45,163 bases of DNA from NCBI RefSeq assembly GCF_001194135.2, contig NC_068993.1, positions 24,578,376-24,623,538 of the forward strand. Direction: 5' to 3'. Shown piece after piece: positions 35,151 to 45,163 of this stretch. The notes under the pieces are model-generated. The model was not told the DNA's origin and did not search any database. It was given only the letters and a program-made list of their open reading frames with translations. Numbering within the stretch: position 1 is the first letter of the stretch; each line of letters starts with the position of its first letter. The position numbers and the translations under genes are program-made. Source of the stretch: Octopus bimaculoides. Its lineage: Eukaryota.

Positions 35151-35699
35151 TGCCTGGTTACGGTTAATTTTTTTTTTTGTTTATTGTTTTTGTCTCGGTT
35201 ATTCTCTTCTGATGTATGTATGTATGCATTATGTATATGCATACATATATGTAGCTATGCCAATTGAATAAGTGTTTTAGTGCTATAAAGTATATCCACT
35301 GTAATTAAGAGCTTGCTTAACGTAAAATATATCATTACACTGTAATAATTATAAGTGAAAGTTGTATGCTTACATCAAAAGCAACAATTTACACATACAA
35401 GCGTGTGTATGTTGACGTGTGTGCTTGCGTACGTTTCTGCGAGCATCAGTATGAGCTTGTGTATGTTTACAAATGCATAAAAACATGCAAAAGTAAAATG
35501 TTCGCATAATCGAATGTTTTAGATGTTTGATTTTCTTTTATGATGTACCAGATTTGATCGGCTGCGCAACGCGTTATTCAAAGCTCTGTTACCATAGGCT
35601 GGAATGCATCCAAGATTTTAAAGCTCTGTTCTAGTATTTCAAAGAGCCAGCCATGTCGTACACAGCCCTTTACTCTGTAGTATTCTGACTCTATTTCAG

Positions 35700-35738
35700 G
35701 ATTACACCAATGTACTCCCTGGCATTCACAACAATATG
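35700..35738 (+). other. Candidate 39-nt internal exon
   Basis: Acceptor ctttactctgtagtattctgactctatttcAG and donor ATG|GTGAGT. All three frames are open (DYTNVLPGIHNNM; ITPMYSLAFTTI; LHQCTPWHSQQY). Same strand as the 18462 promoter. Confidence 0.35.
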
Positions 35739-35886
35739 GTGAGTATATAATCAAGTTGGTAAACTGGAACGACGTGTGTTGAAATTGAAACCAAACACAT
35801 CTACACATTTATAAATTGTTAGTATGGGACTTGTAGACATAAAGATAGATTTAGTTTGAAAGACACAAGTTCAGTGCTATCAATTA

Positions 35887-35967
<81 letters not shown>

Positions 35968-36369
35968 TGCATTGGTTGTCAGGTTGGCTATGTACGTGAT
36001 CATTCAATGATTTTTAATCAATGTTTTCTTAAGTGTTAATTATTTTCAAATATTTGAGCTAACCAGAAACCAATAAGCGCTGGACTAAAAGCTTTACAGT
36101 ATTCCTTTACATTACAACATAGAGAACCTCCTACCTTCACCTGACGAGTAAATCTATTGCTTCGCTTATATTATTTTACTTGAAATACAGCATTTCAAAA
36201 AAAAATGGTATAAGATCCATAAATTTTGAGGTAATAAACTAAAACGTCAAATACACTAGGAGGTTTGCATTCTCAGCGTTTTCGGTTTAAATGTGTTGAA
36301 TTTATTTAATGTATATTAGAAATCATTATTATAACTGTGTATATGTACATATGCATGTATATGTATGTA

Positions 36370-36800
36370 TCAGGTCATCCCATAAATAATGTTCAAAATA
36401 TCATATATGTAATTTCTATAACATTTTTGCAGTATTCCGAAATATCATATGGTGTTGATTGATACTCATATGAATTTGAAAACCTTTAACGTAATATAAT
36501 TTCTTTTTGCAGAATAATCTGACTGAATTAATTACTAACATAAACCCCCTCAAAATTATGAATGTATCGAAGGAGTATTTAAGGCACATAACGCTTTATG
36601 AACTCAAAAAAGGAAACGCTGCAGCAGAAGGAACCCGAAATATTGTTAATGGGGTAAAGTGCATGAACGGAAGAAGTTGCAGAAGATGGTTTGCAAAGTT
36701 CAAAAATGGTGATCTCAGCCTAAGAGAGAGGCTACAAACAGGACGGCTTGTTGAGTTTGATTATGAGCTTCTTTTGTCAGAGCTTCAGAGGGATAACGGA
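36370..36800 (+). mobile_element. 5' fragment of a mariner (Mos1/Hsmar-like) element
   Basis: ta|tcaggtcatcccataaataatg TIR-like start. Peptide MNVSKEYLRHITLYELKKGNAAAEGTRNI...RSCRRWFAKFKNGDLSLRERLQTGRLVEFDYELL is a mariner HTH N-terminus. No catalytic domain or right TIR. Confidence 0.85.
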
Positions 36801-37166
36801 CAAACAAACAAACACGACTTAAAACAATACCTCCGCCTTAAAGTAAAGCGGAGGTAATAATGGGAATTATATACAAGATTAAGTTTTAATAAAATTAGCA
36901 GATGTTTAGCCGATTCCATATTCAGTTTTAGAAAGAAAAGTTTGACAGTGACTTTTTCTCCTTAACCAAAATTCGGACATTANNNNNNNNNNNNNNNNNN
37001 NNNNNNNNNNNNNNNNNNNNNNNNNNNNNNNNNNNNNNNNNNNNNNNNNNNNNNNNNNNNNNNNNNNNNNNNNNNNNNNNNNNNNNNNNNNNNNNNNNNN
37101 NNNNNNNNNNNNNNNNNNNNNNNNNNNNNNNNNNNNNNNNNNNAGAGGTCTTTTAAAGATGTTTAG

Positions 37167-37917
37167 GGGTTACTGCAAGTTTCGCACCTCTCCTTGAAGA
37201 ATGCATTTTTAAAAAAATATTTTTTCGAATTCCTCACCACCACTAAATTAAAATTTTGATTTTGTTTACTTTAAAGAGATTGTAGCGAATTGACGAACAT
37301 ATGCAAATCAAAATTAAATATAGGCAAAAACATTAAAGTGAAAAGAAATAAGCGTTTTACGTGTTTGCCTTAAAAAATCGTAAATAATAATTAAAATGTA
37401 AATTAAATATACACCATTTTATGAGAAACAAGCATTAATGTTTAATAATTAATGTTATAAAGTTTAATAAGGGGCTCAAATTTCACCCTTTCCCCAATTT
37501 TAAATTTTAAACATTTTCATCCATTTATTTAGTTATTTGTCTATCTATTTATCCCTGTCCGTTTATTCATAAAATATATTTGTCAACCGAACGTGGCAGT
37601 CCTATAGAAAATGGTGTTACTGTTGTTTTTAGTCCCAGGAAGACATTCATATCTATCTATCTATCTCTTTATACACATATCTATATGCTTATTGAATTTA
37701 AAATTTTGAAAACGTGGTTATTTACATATTCGGAATCTCCGTCATCTGAAACATAGGGGAAAAATTTGGAAAAAAGTTCGAAATTTTAAATTGGGCGGGG
37801 GGAATTTTAAAAAATTTTTGTATATTCTTAATCTTCGACATCTGAAACGTAGGTATCCGAAAAAATATTTTCAGAAAAATGCATTTTTTAAGGGGAGTTG
37901 TGAAATTGCATTAGCCT
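37167..37917. mobile_element. Non-autonomous TIR element (MITE-like) with long AT-rich TIRs and a second internal inverted pair
   Basis: tgcaagtttcgcacctctccttgaagaatgcatttttaaaaaaatattttttcgaat (37174) is the reverse complement of atccgaaaaaatattttcagaaaaatgcattttttaaggggagttgtgaaattgca (ending 37910). A weaker inner pair links about 37478-37520 with 37765-37810. Confidence 0.7.
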
Positions 37918-39730
37918 CGATGATTATTGACTTGACCGGTTTCACTTTTTTAAAAAGAGTTTTTCAAAAGTAAAATGTAAAGCTTTGTGTAGCCTTTATG
38001 GTATCAAAAAATGGTTTTAAAGCAACGCATGCTTTATCCTATCAAATACTGTCTACATATTCTTTCTGTATATATACAATCATGATTTTTGATGAACTTA
38101 CAAATAATAATGAATTTGTTATATATTGATATATATATATCAATTATATCATGGTTTGTCATAAACACCTGTACTTTGTGTTTTTTTTAATCACCTTAGC
38201 TATGAATTAAATTAATGAATTCAACGGGATATACTGTCAGCAAGTCGTTGGGTTCAGCCTATTATCCTCCATTTTCTAATTGATATACAAATTTAGGGTA
38301 CCCCCACCCCTTTTACCCGATCCCATTTATTGCACTAGTGTAACGATAATTGGGTACCGTCCCAGCAGTATATTGGATAGATACTAGCCCTTAGTGGGTT
38401 GAATCCTCTACCCCTAACTCTCTCGCATTATATATATGTAATACACTCTACTTAATCGATATAACGAAGCGTTTAGCAACTGCAATCACCGCTCTTTCCA
38501 CACATTTAAATTTTATCACAAGCAAAATTGCACAAACGATCACGCAACATAATCACACGACTCCCCACAGGCAACCTATTCAACCTGGCAAAACATCCAT
38601 CTTTTACCATCTTTTGAATAGGCTTATTTCCTTTCGATCATATCACCACATATATATATATATCCCCAAATCTATTTCCTCCACACTCTAATTCACAATA
38701 ACACCACCACCGCATACAGACTACGTCGTTTCTTCCAATCCCATTCCACCGTCTGTAAATAGGTATGGCTGCATTCTTGAATATGATACTACTAACTACC
38801 TTTCCCACCCATCTCTCCCTTTATTTCTGTCCTTGCTTTATACTCATACCCCCACCACCTATATACTACATACGCGCATTCCTTCTTACTCACTAAACCT
38901 TTTAACCTCATCCCCCCCATTCCTCCTTCGCTCTATACGCTCATCCCCTCTATCCTATAAGATCAATTGACCATAAAAATATACCGCTACCATTCTCCAT
39001 CTCAATCTTTCCTCTACCCCCTTTCCCATTCTGTCTTCATGACTTGACCTAATTACCCTACGCTCACTTCTCACTTGACTTGGACATTCTTCAAGTAAGC
39101 AAGCAAAAACCATCGGATGCAATATGGAATATATTCACCATTGCTTCAACATCTATTTCCGGATTATCCCCACAAGGATTACTTTACACGGATATTTACT
39201 ACCGGAATGAAACTACACTTCAAGTACTGTTCTCTCTTTCTTTTTCAGCCCATCACACTCTATATCACTTCATACTAAAACTATCTGCCTATGGATATAA
39301 TAATCGATTCCTTTATTTTTTCTGTCTCCGATGAAGGNNNNNNNNNNNNNNNNNNNNNNNNNNNNNNNNNNNNNNNNNNNNNNNNNNNNNNNNNNNNNNN
39401 NNNNNNNNNNNNNNNNNNNNNNNNNNNNNNNNNNNNNNNNNNNNNNNNNNNNNNNNNNNNNNNNNNNNNNNNNNNNNNNNNNNNNNNNNNNNNNNNNNNN
39501 NNNNNNNNNNNNNNNNNNNNNNNNNNNNNNNNNNNNNNNNNNNNNNNNNNNNNNNNNNNNNNNNNNNNNNNNNNNNNNNNNNNNNNNNNNNNNNNNNNNN
39601 NNNNNNNNNNNNNNNNNNNNNNNNNNNNNNNNNNNNNNNNNNNNNNNNNNNNNNNNNNNNNNNNNNNNNNNNNNNNNNNNNNNNNNNNNNNNNNNNNNNN
39701 NNNNNNNNNNNNNNNNNNNNNNNNNNNNNN

Positions 39731-39762
<32 letters not shown>

Positions 39763-40000
39763 GATATATGTTTGTTTTTATGTTAAATTATATATATATA
39801 TTTTCAGAATAATTCATGTGTCTGGGTATGTGTGACATTGTGTCTGTGCGTGCGTGTGTGTGTGTGTGTGTGTGTGTATACATGTATTATATAGGTAGAT
39901 ATGTAGGTATAGATGTGTTCAAATTAATTTCAATATCTTTATAAAGTCGAGTGGATTTGCATAATGAGTGGAGTGTTGGAGCATATGCCTTGCGATAAAC

Positions 40001-40213
40001 TTTTATTCTTTTACTTGTTTCAGTGGTTTGACTGCGACCATGCTGGAGCACGGCCTTAAAAGGTTTTATTCGCAAAAATCGAGCCCAGGGCTTATTCTCC
40101 GTAAGTCTAGTACTTATTCTATCGGTTTCTTATGCCGAACAACTATGTTACGAGGCATAAACACATCAGTATCGTTTGTCAAGCTGTGGTGGGGGGACAA
40201 ACACGGGCACACA

Positions 40214-40265
<52 letters not shown>

Positions 40266-40270
40266 TACAT
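40001..40270 (-). mobile_element. SINE family 1, 3' half only
   Basis: ttttattcttttacttgtttcagtggtttgactgcgaccatgctggagcac...agtacttattctatcgg, ending at (CA)n. Confidence 0.8.
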
Positions 40271-40914
40271 ACATATACTGAATTTAAACCTCACTGGTAT
40301 GAGCTTTCACTTTTATCCTACTAAGTTGATAAGGTAAGTATTTATTCAAATACTCGATAGTGTACTCTTTTCTCAATATTACTGGTTCTGTGCCCCTATA
40401 AGAAATCAAGTTTTATCCTATGTTGTTGCTTATATTATCTATTTGCTTCTGAGTATGTGTTCTGTAGTATGCTTCAGCCATCACTGACAGAGCCATACGC
40501 TAGAATACCACTTTCATGTCCATGGCAATTCTACTTTATTTCATTGTTTGAATATACAAAACTGGAAGTTGGTCGACTGCATTGTCGTTATGGTAACAAT
40601 GACCACGACATGAGTGTTTGTTTATATACAAGTATCTTGCTCTTCATAAATAATCTTCTCACTCTAAGTGTCAGTATGCGTTTGATTGAACGCATAATAA
40701 TTCTTCATGAGAACCACTTAACTAGATGTCCTTTACCTGAAGAGGCTGGAATCATTAGATGCAATCAACTGAATGGCCACATTATACATTCAACTCATCA
40801 ATTCCACTTGATATACGGATTCCAAAACAAAATGTTACAAGAAATCACAAGATGTAAATTTCGAAATTGCATTCGAGTGTGAGGATATGCTTTTGTGTAC
40901 ATTATATATGTATA

Positions 40915-40942
40915 TTATGTGTGTGTATGTACTTATACATAC

Positions 40943-40996
<54 letters not shown>

Positions 40997-41135
40997 NNNN
41001 NNNNNNNNNNNNNNNNNNNNNNNNNNNNNNNNNNNNNNNNNNNNNNNNNNNNNNNNNNNNNNNNNNNNNNNNNNNNNNNNNNNNNNNNNNNNNNNNNNNN
41101 NNNNNNNNNNNNNNNNNNNNNNGTGTGTGTGTATG

Positions 41136-41166
<31 letters not shown>

Positions 41167-41260
41167 GTATGTATATGTATATATATATATATATGCATAT
41201 ATATATATGCATACGCACATACATACAACAAACATATATATATGTGTGTGTATATATGTG

Positions 41261-41308
<48 letters not shown>

Positions 41309-41345
41309 TATACACACACACATATATACATTTACGTGTGTGTGT
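40915..41345. repeat. TA/TG/CA dinucleotide mosaic around a gap
   Basis: Direct reading; source of the stacked YI/CV ORFs. Confidence 0.95.
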
Positions 41346-42150
41346 TTACTTATTGAGTTCTGTCATTTATCATTTTTTGGTGAATCAATAGAAGTGAATG
41401 TGTGGGGGAATGCTGTGTGTGTCTGCGTGCGTGTGTGTGAACGTGTGTTTGCGTGTGTGAGAAAGAAAGAGAAAGAGAAAGTCGTGGTTAAGAAGTTCAC
41501 TTTGCAATATGCTTCTCGAGTTCGAATCCACTGTGTGGAATTTTCACCGTGTGTCTTCTACCGAAAGAGCGAGTTTTGTGAATGATCTTGAGTAAATGCA
41601 AACTGCGTCGAAGCCAGTTTGATTAACCGTACATTTAATCAAAAGACGACTTTGTCATGCTGATGCTGAGTTAAGTTATGTGAAAAAGTCTCTGAGAAGG
41701 GCTCAGCCACTGAGAGGCTGAATTCAGTTGGGCCGAAAACTAGATACTCATCATCGAAATTCACGGAGGCCCTGTATACTTCTATTAGTTACCCTATGTG
41801 TACGTGAATATACACGTTATTATATACGTGTGTATGCATGTTTGCATGACATGCGCGTGTGTCGTTCAAATACTATCGTGTGTATTTGTTTGAATAATAT
41901 TAAAACACATGAAAAGAAACGATAACCATAATTTTAGAATGATATTTAGATTGAAATGACTTACAAGTGTATTTGACAGGTGCAGCTAGGGAGTGTCACT
42001 GATTTTAATGTATCTGGAAAACTCATGTTTATCTTTGCAAAGACATTTCCGCACATATTTCTATATCTCACCACAAGAAAATTTCTGCTTACAAAATGTC
42101 GTAAATTTAAATGTGTTCTTAAAAATTCATTATGCGTCTTGTTTTATACA

Positions 42151-42355
42151 TAATCCTTTCTACTGTAGACACAAGACCTGAAGTTTAAGGGAAAAGGGGC
42201 TAGTCGATTACATCGATCCCAGTGCTCCACTGGTACTTATTTTATCGAGCCCCCCACTGCCACCACCACCACGAAGGATGAAAAGCAAAGTCGACTTCGG
42301 TGGAGCTTAAACTCAGAACGTAAAGACGAACGAAATGCCGCTAAGCATTTTGCCC
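42151..42355 (-). mobile_element. SINE family 2 copy with internal (CCA)n insertion
   Basis: tagtcgattacatcgatcccagtgctccactggtacttattttatcga[gcccccccactgccaccaccacc]acgaaggatgaaaagcaaagtcgac...gctaagcattttgccc. Confidence 0.85.
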
Positions 42356-44387
42356 ACTGCCTTTATGCATAGTAATATATTAATATAAATATTTCATTTG
42401 AACGTAACACAAAGTAAACTTTCTGGGGCCGATAGTGTTAGTCGAGCGGTCATCTCCAGCATATAAAATGGTATTACATTATAGACATTAAAGGATGAAA
42501 GATACGATCAATTCAGTGATTGTTGAACCAAATACTAGAGTGATAAAGTGTGTGCAATCATCTAATTGCAGCTTTCTAGTATATTGGATATTTCTACATC
42601 GTATATATCTATGTCATATCGTTCTTGTTCTGTTGCTGTGACTATCCGTGACGAATATTCAGCTCTGATTCAGTTTTAAACTGCCTTCTTTTCCGGTCTA
42701 ATATTTTTATGACTAAGGTATCCTGTATCTTCACCCCCTATTTAAGAGTGATGGCAGTGGGAGATATTCTACAATTTCTAAAACTTTGTAGGCTGAATAA
42801 TAATCGTATGTAATTGATATCTAGTCTCAAGTCAACCATGATAGAGCAGTCTAACAGTCAATGATTATCAAGTAACGACTTTTCACTAAACTTTAGAAAT
42901 ATATATGTATATTAATATATCATCTTCATTATCACCATATTTTCATGTGTTCATTTTTAAGACAGGAGGGTATGATTTTGAAAGGAAATTGGTCGCTGTT
43001 TCTTGTATATTATAGTACTGCATAAAGACAAGTGCTTCGAAACAGATCAGTCAAGTTTCAGATTAATAACTCGTTATCGGTTATTCCTAGTAATATAATT
43101 GGTTTTAATTTAAGCACATGGCTCTCAAATTTGAAACGAGTAAGGTTAGTCAATTACAGTGACACAAGTATTAGAGAGATACTTTACTTTATCCACCTCG
43201 GAATTATGAAAGATGAAATTGACTTCTTTTGAATTAACGCTCTAATCATTCTGCCGATCCTCTACACCAAGTCCCAGTAATATAAGGTTGTCTCTTCAAA
43301 CGACTGTCACAAAAGAAGCCTTATGGCTCAGATAAACTTTAATGGGATCAATTTTTTTAATCGAATTACAAAATCGCCATAATGTACTTGAGCTATTTTG
43401 TTATTTTCTTTGAAATAATGTTTCCACATTCTGGAGAAACAAAATAAGAGATTCAGTATATTCACTGGCAGAGATTCTTTCCTATTTGTTTCACTTACCC
43501 TGTATAGACCTATCATGTTGGCTTCTAAGTAAAAGGGTATTTGTTTTGGAAAACAACGTTCGAGTTTACAACCTTATAATGGTCGACGTACTCTGTTTTA
43601 GCATCTATTTAAATCAAAGATTGTTTTCATATAATCAATCAAAAGGCATTTAGTTGCAATTTAAATACGTCGTAAACAGTCCACAAAGACAAAAAAAAAA
43701 TGGATGCTTCCAAAGATATCGGTCGACATTTTCTGTGAAAATATATCGGGTAGTCTATAAAATAATTCTAACTACTGAAATTTGTGTTCATATGGTGTTA
43801 TTATTGAAGTATTTCAGAACTTGACACTTTCACATGCAATACTTTATTCGACTTTACTAAAAGGAAAGCTAATCACAAGATAAAATATTACCAAAAGTAA
43901 CTTGTTTTGACATGATGAATTGCGAAAAACAAATTTTATTTACTCATTTACTGTCTAAAAATCTATATACTATTTCAATGTAGCACCAAAAAACATGAAA
44001 AATTCAAGCATATTTCAATAGCGGGTTATATAAAATGCTATTAAACAACTTAAAACTATATTTGAGAATTTGATATTGCATGTTCTTTATGCAATTTTAT
44101 AGAAGCCATACATCGGAAGATATTTCCACTTCTAAAAAGGTATTCTCCGGTGTTTTGTATGAAAATATTCGATATATTGCTTATTACAACTTAATCTACT
44201 TTTTAAGTCAAATTCTTTACATACGATCTGAGAATATTAAGACGTTTGAAAGCTTTTATGATAAATAAATTTCAGTAGTGCAGCAACTTTTTTAACCCTT
44301 TGTTTCCACTGTCTTATATAAGGAAAGTTACTGCTAATGCAGGAGTTAGCCTAATATATTGATTCATATACATGTATACATATTCAT

Positions 44388-44457
<70 letters not shown>

Positions 44458-45163
44458 GTATGTAAGAGTCTGTGTGTATGACCCGTATGTGTTCATATAT
44501 ATATAAAATATATATAGGTACGCATGTATGCATGTTTGTACGCATAACAACTATTGTTTCTATGTGGAGTTATAGATAAAACAATTTAACATTACACTAG
44601 GGGAACATGCAAACATTCTAGCAGATTCCATATTCACTTTTAGAAAGAAAAGCTTGACAGTGACTGTAAATTAGTCTTACAGATTCCGTAATAGCTGATA
44701 AACCGAACCTTCTAACAATATTTTCCTTGTAGAAATATGTGTGTGCGCGCGCGTTTGTGTGTGTGTGTATGTGCATGTATATATATATATAGAGTGACCA
44801 ATGTTTTCGTATCAATATATATATATATATTTACCCCTCTCGTTCTTCCTCTGTTACTACTACGTATCTTTTTTTCCCCCTCGTATTTCCTCTCTTTCTC
44901 TTTTCTTCTCGTTGCTCACCTATTTCTTCTACTTCCTCCCTTTGTTTCTCCCTCTACCACTCTCTCTCTCTCTTCCCTTTACACCGGCATGGTCACATGC
45001 TTCCGGTCAATAATCCTTTCCTTCCTTGGCTATCGCCGAGCAAACGCACGAACAACTTCGTCCCTTTCAAGTTCGTGCTTCACAGCGTTCATACACACAT
45101 AATTTTTCTCGTCTGGCCGTAAAGCCCTTTCTGTTTGTTTTCCTGTCTTGTTTTTTGTCCGCC

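Noticed and set aside
40457-40882. 141-aa non-repetitive ORF
   Set aside because: No recognisable domain, starts at TTG, and has no convincing splice or codon signal.

Overview
AT-rich eukaryotic DNA with nine N-gaps, dominated by microsatellites and transposon relics. The two tRNA-derived SINE families and the repeat style suggest an Octopus (coleoid cephalopod) draft assembly; this is inferred from recalled repeat families, not from a search. I recognise no intact host protein-coding gene. Most supplied ORFs are microsatellite or gap artefacts, and the recognisable ones are transposon fragments: three R4/Dong-type LINE pieces, two RTE LINE pieces, four Tc1/mariner-superfamily elements (one near full length), a Helentron-associated-like element and about 12 SINE copies. 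Three things go beyond ordinary repeat content. (1) A well-formed RNA Pol II promoter (AP-1, CCAAT, TATA at -29, TCAGT initiator) precedes an ATG-free first exon at about 18462-18676 (+), so everything downstream may be a very long intron, with a candidate 39-nt exon at 35700-35738. (2) Three unrelated long fold-back palindromes (about 960, 370 and 440 bp) cluster within 9 kb around that promoter. (3) Two minimal hammerhead-ribozyme-like cores with palindromic stem III, of the Penelope-element type, lie on the minus strand.
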